A DNA stretch of 64,000 nucleotides. Origin: an uncultured Nitrospira sp. (lineage in GTDB: Bacteria; Nitrospirota; Nitrospiria; Nitrospirales; Nitrospiraceae). This document shows positions 22,441-33,294 of this stretch, one piece after another. Location of the stretch: contig CAZXRB010000001.1 in the NCBI GenBank assembly GCA_964642845.1, positions 19,754 to 83,753 of the forward strand, read 5' to 3'. The stretch's first letter is position 1; every line of letters begins with the position of its first letter. The notes under the pieces were generated by a model that ran no database searches, was not told the DNA's origin, and saw only the letters and a program-made list of their open reading frames with translations. The position numbers were made by a program, and so were the translations under genes.

Positions 22441-23361
22441 CTAGTTCGCTCCCGACATCAGATACAGAATGCCCATGCGCACCGCCACGCCGTTCGCGAC
22501 TTGATCCAGGATGACCGACGACAAGCTGTCGGCCACGTCCGGCGCGATTTCCACCCCTCGGTTGATCGGCCCCGGATGCATGACGATCGCGCCGGGCTCC
22601 GCCAATTTCATCCGCTCCCCGGTCAAGCCATAGAGCCGCGAGTATTCCCGGATGGTCGGAAACAGGGCTCGTCCCTGGCGCTCGAGCTGCAAGCGCAGCA
22701 TCATGATGACCTGCACACCGCGCAGCGCGTCATCAAGACTGTAGAACACCTTGGCGCCGAGTTTTTCGACGTGCGCCGGCAACATCGTAGGCGGCCCGAC
22801 CACTCGCACTTCGGCGCCTAACTTGGTCAAGGCGTGGATATTGGACCGGGCCACGCGGCTGTGCGCCACATCGCCCACAATCGCGACCCGCAGCCCTTGG
22901 AACTGCATGCCCCGCTCGCGAATCGTATACAGATCCAGCAGGGCCTGGGTCGGATGCTCGTGCCACCCGTCGCCCGCGTTGATGACCGAGGACTTCACGC
23001 CGCGCGCCAGCGTCTCGGCCGCCCCGGCCGAAGAGTGGCGCAGCACGATGATGTCGGCCTGCATGGCTTCGATGTTCCGCGCGGTGTCCAGCAGCGTTTC
23101 CCCTTTGACCACGCTGCTCGCAGACGGCGAAAAGTTGATCACGTCCGCGCTCAAACGCTTGGCGGCCAGCTCGAACGAGGTGCGGGTTCTCGTGCTCGGC
23201 TCGAAAAACAGGTTCACGACCGTCTTCCCGCGCAGCGCGGGCACCTTCTTGATCTCCCGGCCCGTGACCTCCTTGAAGGAATCCGCCGTCTCGAGAATCA
23301 GCTTGATGTCATCCACGGACAAGGGAGCCAGGCTCAAGAGATCTTTCCGTTTGAGGCTCAT
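22441..23361 (-). CDS. pyrB: Aspartate carbamoyltransferase catalytic subunit
   Basis: [21 protein letters not shown] and HPGPINRG motifs. Confidence 0.95.
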   Translation of the reverse strand: MSLKRKDLLSLAPLSVDDIKLILETADSFKEVTGREIKKVPALRGKTVVNLFFEPSTRTRTSFELAAKRLSADVINFSPSASSVVKGETLLDTARNIEAMQADIIVLRHSSAGAAETLARGVKSSVINAGDGWHEHPTQALLDLYTIRERGMQFQGLRVAIVGDVAHSRVARSNIHALTKLGAEVRVVGPPTMLPAHVEKLGAKVFYSLDDALRGVQVIMMLRLQLERQGRALFPTIREYSRLYGLTGERMKLAEPGAIVMHPGPINRGVEIAPDVADSLSSVILDQVANGVAVRMGILYLMSGAN

Positions 23362-23419
23362 GACGTCCTCCGCTTCACGACGCGGTTGGTTGTGTCTTGA
23401 TCATGGCTCACTGACTTCC

Positions 23420-24133
<714 letters not shown>

Positions 24134-24148
24134 GTTAAAGGCAGCCTG

Positions 24149-24178
24149 ATCTTACTGGGCCGGGGAAGAACCTGTCAA
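24149..24178 (-). promoter_or_regulatory. Candidate sigma-70 promoter of the pyr operon
   Basis: The minus strand reads TTGACA (24178..24173), an 18-nt spacer, then TAAGAT (24154..24149), upstream of the PyrR-box hairpin and terminator. Confidence 0.4.
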
Positions 24179-24234
24179 GGACGGAGCACGGGACGGCCAA
24201 GAGAAGTTCCGGCAGGCCCTCACGCCACCATGAT

Positions 24235-25176
24235 ATGGTGGAGGACGCCATCGGCGCGCACGGAATGCCTGCGATGAATGGGCAAGGAAAGGCTCATCGG
24301 GCGATGTGCCGGTTCTTCTGGATCGTGCCGGCTCTCCTGTTCACTGTGCTTTCGGCCGAGGCCGAGCGCCTCCCGCGCGACATGGTCCTCATTCCGGCGG
24401 GGGAATTTTTCATGGGCAGCCCCGAAAGCGCCGGCGGGCTGCCGGACGAGCGGCCTCAGCGGAAGGTGTACCTGGACGCTTACTGGATCGACCGTTACGA
24501 GACCACGCACGCAGACTACGCGGCCTTCGTTCGAGCCACCGGGCATCCGATCCCGGAAAATGCCAACCACGCCGCGACACTCTGGACTGCGGACGGCCCG
24601 CTGGCCGGCATCGAGCCCCATCCTGTCGTCAATGTCAGCTGGCTAGACGCGACCGCGTTTTGCCGCTGGGCCGGCAAACGCCTCCCCACGGAAGCGGAGT
24701 GGGAAAAGGCCGCCCGAGGGACCGACGGCCGCCGGTATCCCTGGGGAGACGAATGGGATCTGACCAAGGCGAACAGCGCGAGCTACTGGGCAGGCCGCAC
24801 GGTGGAATTCGCCAACAGCACCGAATGGGAGGCGTTTTGGCTGAAGGGTGACGGCGCGCGCCTGGCGCGGGAAAAAGGCCTCCGCGGCGAAGTCCTGACC
24901 TTGCCGGTCGGGACGTTTCCTCAAAGCGTCAGCCCGTATGGCCTGCACGACATGGCGGGCAACGTAGCGGAATGGGTGCAAGACTGGTACAACCCCAATT
25001 ACTATGCCGGCGCGCCGTTGAGCAATCCGGCGGGGCCTGAGCGAGGCGCCATCAAGTCGATGCGCGGCGGGTCATGGCTCAAGCCGGCGATCAGTCTCCG
25101 CACCAGCGATCGTGATTGGGGCACGATGGACAGCCGCCCAAGCGGCACCGGGTTTCGCTGCGCCAAAGATTTCTAG
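24235..25176 (+). CDS. Formylglycine-generating-enzyme (SUMF1/FGE) family protein, secreted
   Basis: MVLIPAGEFFMGS, YWIDRYETT, NVSWLDATAFCRWAGKRLPTEAEWEKAARG, GNVAEWVQDW, MRGGSW and GFRCAKD are FGE-sulfatase domain motifs. A signal peptide MCRFFWIVPALLFTVLSAEA suggests the true start is ATG 24304. Confidence 0.8.
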   Translation: MVEDAIGAHGMPAMNGQGKAHRAMCRFFWIVPALLFTVLSAEAERLPRDMVLIPAGEFFMGSPESAGGLPDERPQRKVYLDAYWIDRYETTHADYAAFVRATGHPIPENANHAATLWTADGPLAGIEPHPVVNVSWLDATAFCRWAGKRLPTEAEWEKAARGTDGRRYPWGDEWDLTKANSASYWAGRTVEFANSTEWEAFWLKGDGARLAREKGLRGEVLTLPVGTFPQSVSPYGLHDMAGNVAEWVQDWYNPNYYAGAPLSNPAGPERGAIKSMRGGSWLKPAISLRTSDRDWGTMDSRPSGTGFRCAKDF

Positions 25177-25248
25177 CGACGCGCGGTTTGTCGTGGTCAT
25201 GCCGCCTGTGCCAGTGCTCTCCACGCGGCATCCGGTCTTTCAGCCCGG

Positions 25249-25941
25249 TCAGGGACGCCTCAGTTCTTCCAGGCCGAACTGTTTGGGGAGGAGCACGGGA
25301 AGGACCAAGCCGATCGGGTCGCCGCGCTTGATCGTGGTGGGTTTTTCGAGCTGCAGGAGAAAGTTGGCGGTAAAGGCATCGTACCCGGGCAGCCAGTCAT
25401 AGACGTTGGGCGTCCGCTTGTACTCCTGCGTCTTGATCCCTTCCCACACATGAAAGGTCCGCTGGGGATCGTGATAGAACCGATTGGGAATATCCTTCAT
25501 CATCAGACCGACCTGTTTGGGATAGTAAAAGCGGAGGCCGCAGCAGAGCTTGGGAAATCCGCTGTTCAAAATCGAATCGACATAGGTGCCGGAGTACGAC
25601 TTGTAGCCGAGCAGGCGCTCCTCCGGCAGAATCGGCGGCGCTTGCCATCTGATCCCCTCCGCCGTGCGCCGGATTTTACAATCGACCGGCGAGCGGATGA
25701 GCCAGCCATATTGGCCCACCAGCCGCACCGGACCGCAGTCATCGGGCATCACTTTGTAGCCGCCGGCCGCGAGCTGTCGCTGCTCCTCCAGCGTCATCCC
25801 GGACATCAAAGGGCGATGCGGGTGGAAATCGAGCTTGAGCCGCTCCGGCGGCAAGGCCGTCGAGTATTCCCGTTCCCAATAGATGACGATCTTCTCGCCG
25901 GAGTCGTCGTGCTGAACCGCCTCTTTTTCCAAATCACTCAT
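25249..25941 (-). CDS. Hypothetical protein, 230 aa, no recognisable family
   Basis: Long ORF co-directional with and 51 nt downstream of the 591-aa ORF. No signal peptide, TM segment or catalytic motif that I can name. Confidence 0.55.
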   Translation of the reverse strand: MSDLEKEAVQHDDSGEKIVIYWEREYSTALPPERLKLDFHPHRPLMSGMTLEEQRQLAAGGYKVMPDDCGPVRLVGQYGWLIRSPVDCKIRRTAEGIRWQAPPILPEERLLGYKSYSGTYVDSILNSGFPKLCCGLRFYYPKQVGLMMKDIPNRFYHDPQRTFHVWEGIKTQEYKRTPNVYDWLPGYDAFTANFLLQLEKPTTIKRGDPIGLVLPVLLPKQFGLEELRRP

Positions 25942-25992
25942 GGGCTGACAGTAGCGAAACCGTGACCGTCGCGCAACCCCGACCGGCGCTTT

Positions 25993-27768
25993 CTAGAGTT
26001 TCTTTACCTGATAGAGCGTGAGCCCCTGGATGAGCCGCGCCTTCGGTAAGATCGTCCGGTGCATGCGGAACGTGGGCAGGCGCTCCACCGCCTCTTCCCA
26101 GCAGAGTTGGAATCCCTCCTTCTGCACCCGCGGTTGAAGCGCTCCCGGGCCGACCAGAAACACCATGCCGCCGCGTTTCACCTTCCGCCCAAGCTGCGCG
26201 AGGGCCGCCGTGAGGGCCGGTGGGGCACCAAACGTCTCGTAGGGCAGCCAAGCATAGGCCACGTCGCAGCGCAGCTCCCGCGATGCCGGGGTCTCCTCGT
26301 GCACGACGAAGCGAATGCGCTCCAGCCACTCCCACCGTTGCACTTCGGCGCATTGGGTCCACAGCTGCTGAGCCTGCCGCTGCGCGAAAGCCGGATGCCG
26401 GACATGGACCGTACAAGACCGCGGCCGGTCAAAGGGAATACAGGTCGCGATCACGGCGTCTGCGTTGTGGATCAGGATGGATTCGGCCTGCGACACCACG
26501 GTGCCGATCTCGCGGTCCTGCTCGGCCACATCTTGAAGATAGTCGGCGACGAACGGCTGCGCTGCCAACTCGCCAATTTCCTGCTCGTCGTCCGGGTACA
26601 ACAGGACGGCGCCATAGGCCGCGGCCGGCGGGATCGACGGCAGGCCCTGGACAAACACCGAGCGCCAATCAACCGGGCTGACCGGCGGTGCGGGACAATC
26701 GCCCCCGACAGCGCCACAAGATTGCGGCAGCGCCAACGCTTTTTCTTCTTCACGATCTCTCAGCACCAACCGATGGCCGTCCACGCGGAGACTTCGGTCC
26801 AACGGCACGACTCGCCGCCCGGCCGGATTGACGTACGCGGCGCCGCCGCGATCGTCCGCAAGCGTGGCCTTCTGGACGACTCCCTGCTGCACGGTGACAC
26901 AGAGCCCCTGGTCCGGATCCACATAGCGCACGGGCGGATGAGGACGGGGCAGCCAGACCACGTGATGCGAGCGTGCGGGATCCATAAACAGCGACAAGGC
27001 ATCGCCGCCGGCCGGCGCCTGGGGTGCAAAGAACGCGCAAAACAGCCGGTAGGCGGCCTCGGAGGGATAGGTGGGAATCCCGCGATAGCGTAATGGGTGC
27101 GGCGCGGCGGCCTGCGGGTTCTGATCGTCATACAGGCCGCGGATCAACTCGAATGCGGCTGCCCCGGTGCCGGGTAACAGCGATTTGAACAACTCGACCA
27201 CGGGGAGAAAGTCGATGCGATCCCAATGCATGGCGCCCATGCAGGACATGAAGCGCGCCCGCTCGAACCCGCCGTCTTCCAGCGCGTGGAAGGCGTCCTT
27301 CCGGTGCCGGATCGTCGCCATCCCGCGCGCATCGATCGCGAGATCCTCATCGCGATAGAACCACCGCACTTCGTCGATCGGCACACGAAGGGCTTGCGCC
27401 GCCATGGCCCGGAGATCGTCCGGCGTCACCCGCTGCCAGCCCGGCTTGGTCGCCAAATTGAGCGTCGTTTCGTTGACCAGGCCTTCCGGCCTGATCCCCA
27501 CCCATTGTCCCCAATCGAGCCGCAGCCTCGCCCGCGCAAGCCGCACGCGTCCGCGACCGTCCGTCTCCCATTCGCACTCATGTAACGGATGCCCGGCGGG
27601 ATCAGTGGCGAGAAAGCGTCGCCCATCCGGCCGATAGAAAACCAGATGGCCCGTCGGCAGGCGGGTGACACGTCCGCCGGCGGGCTCGAACCGTTTCGCC
27701 AGCTCACGATTGGAGGAAAACCGAAGATGGCCGGGACTGTGCAGGGCGGCGACGGGGTCGGGAGCCAT
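25993..27768 (-). CDS. Hypothetical protein, 591 aa, no recognisable family
   Basis: Its ATG directly abuts the proA stop (minus strand TAG ATG, 27771..27766). No motif confidently recognised. The last ~170 aa (ILIHNADAVIATC...DVAYAWLP...GGMVFLVGP) only vaguely recall a Rossmann-like methyltransferase fold. Confidence 0.6.
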   Translation of the reverse strand: MAPDPVAALHSPGHLRFSSNRELAKRFEPAGGRVTRLPTGHLVFYRPDGRRFLATDPAGHPLHECEWETDGRGRVRLARARLRLDWGQWVGIRPEGLVNETTLNLATKPGWQRVTPDDLRAMAAQALRVPIDEVRWFYRDEDLAIDARGMATIRHRKDAFHALEDGGFERARFMSCMGAMHWDRIDFLPVVELFKSLLPGTGAAAFELIRGLYDDQNPQAAAPHPLRYRGIPTYPSEAAYRLFCAFFAPQAPAGGDALSLFMDPARSHHVVWLPRPHPPVRYVDPDQGLCVTVQQGVVQKATLADDRGGAAYVNPAGRRVVPLDRSLRVDGHRLVLRDREEEKALALPQSCGAVGGDCPAPPVSPVDWRSVFVQGLPSIPPAAAYGAVLLYPDDEQEIGELAAQPFVADYLQDVAEQDREIGTVVSQAESILIHNADAVIATCIPFDRPRSCTVHVRHPAFAQRQAQQLWTQCAEVQRWEWLERIRFVVHEETPASRELRCDVAYAWLPYETFGAPPALTAALAQLGRKVKRGGMVFLVGPGALQPRVQKEGFQLCWEEAVERLPTFRMHRTILPKARLIQGLTLYQVKKL

Positions 27769-29079
27769 CTACTCGCGGATCTGGCCGCTCCCCATCACGA
27801 TGAACTTGAAACAGGTCAGTTCCTCGAGGCCCATGGGACCCCGCGCATGGATGCGGGACGTACTGATGCCGATTTCCGCGCCGAGCCCGAACTGATAGCC
27901 GTCGTTCAGCCGCGTCGAGGCATTCACCAGCACGGCGCTGGCGTCCACTTCCTTCAAGAACCGCATGGCCCGCCCGTAATCGGACGTGATGATGGCCTCG
28001 GTGTGGCGGGACCCGTACTGCGCGATGTGCTCCATGGCCTCGTCGATATTCTTCACGACTTTGACGGCGAGGATCAGATCCAAAAACTCTTTGCCGTAAT
28101 CCTGGTCGCTGGCCGGCTTGGCCTCCGGCACGAGCTGGCATGTCTTAGGACAGCCGCGGATCTCGACCATCGCGGCCACAAGGCCCGCGGCCAGCTTGGG
28201 CAGCAACGTTCTGGCGATCGACTGGTGGATCAGGAGCGTTTCCATCGCATTGCAGGTGGACGGCCGCTGCACCTTCGCATTGACACAGATCTTTTCCGCC
28301 ATCGCCGGATCAGCGGCGGCATCCACATAGATATGGCACACGCCGGCGTCGTGCTTGACGACGGGAATCGTCGCATGTTCGGCGACGAGCTTCATGAGGG
28401 ATTCCCCTCCGCGGGGGATGATGAGGTCGATGTATCGATCCTGTTTCAGGAGCACGGGAACCAGTTCCCGCTCCGGACGGGTCACCAAGGAGATCGCGCC
28501 GGCAGGTACGCCGGCCTTCTCGGCGGCTTCTGACAGGACCGCCGCAATGGCGCTGTTGGAATGAATCGCTTCGCTGCCGCCCCGCAACACGCAGGCGTTG
28601 CCGGATTTGAGGCAGAGCGCGGCGGAATCCGCTGTGACATTGGGACGGGATTCATAGATGATGCCGATGACACCGATCGGCACACGTACACGCCCGACTT
28701 GCATGCCGTTGGGCCGCATCCACATCGCTGGCATCGCGCCGAGCGGATCGGGCAACTTCGCCACTTCTCGGATGCCGTCGGCCATTTCCGCGATGCGCTT
28801 GTCCGTCAGCCGCAAGCGGTCGGCCATGGCCTTCTTCTCCGAGGCTGTTCCGAAGGCCTCCAGATCTTTCTCATTCGCCTCAAGCAGTTCCTCCGTCTTC
28901 GTTTCCAGCGCCTCGGCCATGGCCAGCAGCGCCTGGTTCTTCACCGCCGTGGAGAGACTCGCCAGCTTGCCGGACGCCTGCTTGGCCTTCGCCACCAACT
29001 CCCGGACATAGTCGGGAATGGGTTGGGGTTCTGGTTCAGGCTCGGCTACGCTTTCCTTCTTCTGAAGTTCCGTATTCAC
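27769..29079 (-). CDS. proA: Gamma-glutamyl phosphate reductase
   Basis: Aldehyde dehydrogenase-like with the catalytic Cys context RPSTCNAMETLLIH, plus RGGSEAIHSN and IHARGPMGLEELT. Confidence 0.9.
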   Translation of the reverse strand: MNTELQKKESVAEPEPEPQPIPDYVRELVAKAKQASGKLASLSTAVKNQALLAMAEALETKTEELLEANEKDLEAFGTASEKKAMADRLRLTDKRIAEMADGIREVAKLPDPLGAMPAMWMRPNGMQVGRVRVPIGVIGIIYESRPNVTADSAALCLKSGNACVLRGGSEAIHSNSAIAAVLSEAAEKAGVPAGAISLVTRPERELVPVLLKQDRYIDLIIPRGGESLMKLVAEHATIPVVKHDAGVCHIYVDAAADPAMAEKICVNAKVQRPSTCNAMETLLIHQSIARTLLPKLAAGLVAAMVEIRGCPKTCQLVPEAKPASDQDYGKEFLDLILAVKVVKNIDEAMEHIAQYGSRHTEAIITSDYGRAMRFLKEVDASAVLVNASTRLNDGYQFGLGAEIGISTSRIHARGPMGLEELTCFKFIVMGSGQIRE

Positions 29080-29178
29080 GGGGTTCCTTCCGGCACTGCC
29101 TTTAAGGCAAGGCTAACAGCCGCAGAGCATACCCCGCCGTTCCGAAAAGGGTCAAGGCGAGCGAACAGAAGGCCTGGA

Positions 29179-30186
29179 TCATACAGTCAGCGCCTGACGA
29201 AAATATTGGATCGTCTTCTGCAGGGCTTCCTCGATCGGCACCTTCGGCTCCCAGCCCAGCAGCGCCTTGGCGCGGGTAATGTCGGGCCGGCGCACCTTGG
29301 GATCGTCCACAGGGAGCGGATGGTGGCTGATCTGGCTTGCTGAGCCGGTCAGCCGGATCACGAGTTTCGCGATGTCCAACACGGTCCATTCGCTCGGGTT
29401 CCCGAGATTCACGGGATCGTGAATGCTGGGGGCTTGCTCACCCTGTTGAGTGAGGAACGTTTTCCGATCGGTTCGCTGTTCCACCGTCTTGTCCGAGGAC
29501 GTCATCAGCAGGGCGACGATGCCGCGGACGAGATCATCGACGTAACAAAAGCTCCGCGTCTGCAACCCGTTTCCAAAGACACTCAACGGTTTGCCCTGGA
29601 GGGCCTGCACGATGAAATTCGAGACCACGCGCCCGTCGTTCGGCCGCATGCGGGGACCAAACGTGTTGAAGATGCGGGCGATGCGCGTATCCAGGCCGTG
29701 ATACCGGTAATAGGCCATCGTCATGGCCTCGGCAAAACGCTTGGCTTCATCGTAGACGCCGCGGGGGCTGACCGGACTGACATTGCCCCAATAGGACTCC
29801 GGTTGCGGATTCACCAGCGGATCGCCGTAGACTTCCGACGTGCTGGCCAACAAAAATCGCGCGCCTTTCGCTTTGGCGAGCCCAAGGACCTTGTGAGTCC
29901 CGAGCCCGCCGACCTTCAACGTCGCGATGGGCATGTCGAGATAGTCTTGAGGGCTGGCCGGCGACGCAAAGTGCAAGACCGCGTCGAGGGGACCGTCGAT
30001 ATGAACGTAGTCGCAGACGTTGTACTTGATGAACGAAAAGCCGTCCCGGCCGAGAAGGTGTGCAATATTCTCGACTTTTCCGGTGCAGAGGTTATCCATG
30101 CAGACCACGTGGTATCCCTGCGCGAGCAGGGATTCAGCCAAATGGCTTCCTAAAAACCCGGCCCCTCCTGTGATCAGCATCCGCAT
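29179..30186 (-). CDS. UDP-glucuronate decarboxylase (UDP-xylose synthase-like SDR)
   Basis: [47 protein letters not shown] and PVNLGNP match the UXS/ArnA-decarboxylase subfamily of extended SDRs. Confidence 0.85.
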   Translation of the reverse strand: MRMLITGGAGFLGSHLAESLLAQGYHVVCMDNLCTGKVENIAHLLGRDGFSFIKYNVCDYVHIDGPLDAVLHFASPASPQDYLDMPIATLKVGGLGTHKVLGLAKAKGARFLLASTSEVYGDPLVNPQPESYWGNVSPVSPRGVYDEAKRFAEAMTMAYYRYHGLDTRIARIFNTFGPRMRPNDGRVVSNFIVQALQGKPLSVFGNGLQTRSFCYVDDLVRGIVALLMTSSDKTVEQRTDRKTFLTQQGEQAPSIHDPVNLGNPSEWTVLDIAKLVIRLTGSASQISHHPLPVDDPKVRRPDITRAKALLGWEPKVPIEEALQKTIQYFRQALTV

Positions 30187-30253
30187 GCATCGACCTCGCT
30201 CTGAAGAACGAGTCTAACACGAGGCGCAAGGCAAAACCGGCGGGATGTGGCGA

Positions 30254-30844
30254 TTATGGGGCGGGAGGCTGGGACAGGCTGCCGCTCGGCGACGGTGGCG
30301 GGCCTCCGCTATTCGAGAGCATTTGCCCGGATCCGCTGCCGGCTGGAGGCGAGGCGCCGGGCGTCGCCGGGCCGGTGAGGACCAGTCCGCTGGCGCTGGA
30401 AGGATTCGGATGTTGGAACACCCAATCGGCGTAGCTTGCGCGGCCCTCGAAATGGCGAACTTCAAGCGGGAAATTACGCTCTTTGATCGGCCGGTCTTTG
30501 CTTTTGCTCCGCACCCCCATGATCCCGCCGGTGGGGGCGCGGACGAGGTCCCAATCTCCGTGCCCCATTGGATCAGGATAGACTTTTCTGAGAAACGGCT
30601 TGGGAGGACGGGTCAGATCCGCGAGGGTGGCCGGATAGACCTCGCCTGGCATGACGCGGCCGGCCTTCATCGTGGCTGAATAGAGGGCCAGCGCGTTTTG
30701 AATCTCGATGCCTTTGGCCAATAAATCGGCCTCCAACTCTCGCTGCACCATCGTCTTCCACTGGCGTGCGGCCCCGGACATGGCGAGTCCCATGAGGACG
30801 ATCGCCACCATGAGCATGACGTAGGTAAAACCGCGTTCGTTCAT
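30254..30844 (-). CDS. Prepilin-type N-terminal domain protein (pseudopilin) with Ser/Pro/Gly-rich C-terminal tail
   Basis: MNERG/FTYVMLMVAIVLMGLA is a class III signal-peptide-like leader plus hydrophobic helix, with Met rather than Glu at +5. The C-terminus is PNPSSASGLVLTGPATPGASPPAGSGSGQMLSNSGGPPPSPSGSLSQPPAP. Start set at ATG 30844. Confidence 0.7.
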   Translation of the reverse strand: MNERGFTYVMLMVAIVLMGLAMSGAARQWKTMVQRELEADLLAKGIEIQNALALYSATMKAGRVMPGEVYPATLADLTRPPKPFLRKVYPDPMGHGDWDLVRAPTGGIMGVRSKSKDRPIKERNFPLEVRHFEGRASYADWVFQHPNPSSASGLVLTGPATPGASPPAGSGSGQMLSNSGGPPPSPSGSLSQPPAP

Positions 30845-30911
30845 GGGTCGGCGGACGGCTGCTGCGCCCATGGGCAGTCTCCACTGCGCGTACGTGCTTA
30901 TAGGAGTCCTC

Positions 30912-31457
30912 TCACCCATAGAGGTCCGCGTTCACGAATTGCACTCCTTCTGCATCTTTCGATGAAAGGATTGGCGGAGCGCTGATCGGCCAGGTGATGC
31001 GGATCGTCGGGTCATTCCAAATGATGCAGCGCTCATGTTGGGGCGCCCAGTAGTCCGTTGTCTTGTAAAGGACTTCCGCTTGGTCCGACAACACCACGAA
31101 TCCATGGGCAAAACCCTCGGGGAGCCACAGTTGTTTCCTGTTCTCAGCGCTCAGCACGTCGCCCACCCATTGTCCAAACGTAGGGGACGCCCGGCGGAGA
31201 TCCACGGCGACATCGAAAATGGACCCGGAGACGACACGGATCAATTTCCCTTGCGGCTGGCTGATCTGGTAGTGCAGGCCACGCAAGACGTGCTTGAGTG
31301 ACAACGAGTGATTATCCTGAACGAACGCCACGGTTCTCCCAATGGCTCGACTGAATGCCCGCTCGTTAAAGCTTTCAAAGAAGAAGCCCCGATCGTCCCG
31401 AAAGACCTTCGGCTCGACGACGAGCACATCAGGGATGGCGGTCGGACGCACATTCAT
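30912..31457 (-). CDS. rfbC: dTDP-4-dehydrorhamnose 3,5-epimerase
   Basis: IPDVLVVEPKVFRDDRGFFFESF, with HYQ and the rest of the RmlC cupin. ATG 31457 chosen. A TTG at 31517 overlapping the rfbA stop is the alternative. Confidence 0.85.
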   Translation of the reverse strand: MNVRPTAIPDVLVVEPKVFRDDRGFFFESFNERAFSRAIGRTVAFVQDNHSLSLKHVLRGLHYQISQPQGKLIRVVSGSIFDVAVDLRRASPTFGQWVGDVLSAENRKQLWLPEGFAHGFVVLSDQAEVLYKTTDYWAPQHERCIIWNDPTIRITWPISAPPILSSKDAEGVQFVNADLYG

Positions 31458-31513
31458 CGTGAGCGATTTCGGCTGCGCGGCTGGCGGTCCTACCCGACCG
31501 GCCGCGCCTGCGT

Positions 31514-32395
31514 TCAAAACACCGGCTCTTTCAGCACTTGCAGCAGGTACCGTCCATACCCGTTCTTCAAGAGCGGTTGGGCCAGTTGTTCGAGTTGGCC
31601 CGCGTCAATCCATTTATTGCGATAGGCGATTTCTTCGACACAGGCCACCTTCAGCCCTTGCCGGTGTTCGAGCGTCGCAATGAATTGGCTCGCGTCCAAC
31701 ACCGACTCGTGCGTTCCGGTATCCAACCAGGCATATCCCCGGCCCATGATTTCGACGTGCAGCCGGCCCTGCTCGAGATACAATCGATTGAGATCGGTGA
31801 TTTCCAGCTCTCCGCGCGCCGACGGCTTCAATTGCTTCGCCAGCGCCACCACCTGGCCATCGTAAAAATAGAGCCCGGTGACGGCATAGTTCGATTTTGG
31901 AACGGCGGGCTTCTCTTCCAGATTGAGGACCTGCCCTCCCGCGGTGAACTCGACGACGCCGTAGCGCTCGGGATCCTGTACATGGTAGGCAAAAACCGTT
32001 GCGCCGTCACGGCGGGCCATCGCACGACCAAGCAGTTGAGGAAGATCGTGACCGTAAAAAATATTGTCGCCCAAGATCAGCACCGAGGGGTCGTGGCCGA
32101 TGAACGATTCTCCGATGATGAACGCGTGCGCCAGCCCGTCCGGAGAGGGTTGCTCCGCGTAGGACAATCGCAATCCCCACTGTTCCCCGCTGCCCAGCAA
32201 CTGTCTGAACCGCGGCGTATCCTGGGGCGTGGAGATGATCAGGATGTCTCGAAGCCCGGCCAGCATGAGGGTGCTGAGGGGATAATAGATCATCGGCTTG
32301 TCGAACACGGGGAGCAACTGTTTGGATACCGCCAACGTAGCCGGATGGAGCCGCGACCCGGTGCCGCCCGCCAAAATGATGCCTTTGCGCGTCAT
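31514..32395 (-). CDS. rfbA: Glucose-1-phosphate thymidylyltransferase
   Basis: [38 protein letters not shown] is the RmlA signature. Confidence 0.95.
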   Translation of the reverse strand: MTRKGIILAGGTGSRLHPATLAVSKQLLPVFDKPMIYYPLSTLMLAGLRDILIISTPQDTPRFRQLLGSGEQWGLRLSYAEQPSPDGLAHAFIIGESFIGHDPSVLILGDNIFYGHDLPQLLGRAMARRDGATVFAYHVQDPERYGVVEFTAGGQVLNLEEKPAVPKSNYAVTGLYFYDGQVVALAKQLKPSARGELEITDLNRLYLEQGRLHVEIMGRGYAWLDTGTHESVLDASQFIATLEHRQGLKVACVEEIAYRNKWIDAGQLEQLAQPLLKNGYGRYLLQVLKEPVF

Positions 32396-33294
32396 AGAAC
32401 CCCCTGTGCGGCAAGTTCATCCAGACAGCGGCGAAGGTGAAACCGCCAATCGGGCAAATGGACGCCGAACGTGTGGGTCACCTTCGCCGTATTCATCCGC
32501 GAATTCTTGGGCCGTTGTGCGGGCAGCGGATAGGCCTCCGTCGGGATGGGCGCCACGGCGTCCGGTGCGGCCTTCAACGCGACGCCTCGCTCCTTCGCCA
32601 AGGTCAACACATAGCGCGCGTACTCGTGCCAGTTTGTTTCGCCGGCTGCCACCAGATGATACGTCCCGCTGAAGCGCTCCCCCTGACCGCTTTCTGCCAC
32701 GCGGTGCAGCGCCACCGCCGTGACGTCCGCCAGCAACTCCGCACTGGTCGGCGCGCCCCATTGATCCGCCACGACGTTCAGTGTGTCCGTTTCCTTGGCG
32801 AGCCGGATGATCGTTCTCGCAAAGTTCTTCCCTCGCGCGGCGAACACCCAACTGGTTCTGAAGATCAGATGTTTCGGCTGGCGGCTGCGGAGCGCCTCTT
32901 CCCCTTCCCATTTGGTGCGGCCGTAGACCGAGAGCGGATGCGCCGCATCCTCTTCGGTGTAGGGCGCGGGGTTCGTTCCATCAAAGATGTAATCGGTCGA
33001 GTAGTGGATCACCCAGGCACCGAGCCGCCTGGCTTCTTCCGCCAACACGCCGACGGCTTCGGCATTGATCCGCCGGGCTTTCTCAGGCTCCGCTTCCGCT
33101 TGATCCACCGCGGTATAGGCGGCCGCGTTCACAATGGCGTCGGGGCGGTGGCTCCGAATCCAATCCCGCAGGCGGTCGAGACGTTCCAAATCCAATTCAT
33201 ACTGCTCGCTCGCCACCACATCCCCGACGGTCGCGAGCGACCGCTGCAGTTCCCATCCAACCTGCCCTTCTTTTCCAAGCAACACGATTTTCAT
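32392..33294 (-). CDS. rfbD: dTDP-4-dehydrorhamnose reductase
   Basis: [25 protein letters not shown] and YGRTKWEGE are RmlD motifs. ATGA overlap with the rfbB stop at 33291..33294. Confidence 0.9.
   Translation of the reverse strand: MKIVLLGKEGQVGWELQRSLATVGDVVASEQYELDLERLDRLRDWIRSHRPDAIVNAAAYTAVDQAEAEPEKARRINAEAVGVLAEEARRLGAWVIHYSTDYIFDGTNPAPYTEEDAAHPLSVYGRTKWEGEEALRSRQPKHLIFRTSWVFAARGKNFARTIIRLAKETDTLNVVADQWGAPTSAELLADVTAVALHRVAESGQGERFSGTYHLVAAGETNWHEYARYVLTLAKERGVALKAAPDAVAPIPTEAYPLPAQRPKNSRMNTAKVTHTFGVHLPDWRFHLRRCLDELAAQGVL

Noticed and set aside
25177-25248. 7-bp inverted repeat ATGCCGC...GCGGCAT between the convergent FGE-like and 230-aa genes, considered as a bidirectional terminator.
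   Set aside because: The 19-nt loop and the absence of a T-tract on either strand make an intrinsic terminator call unsupported.
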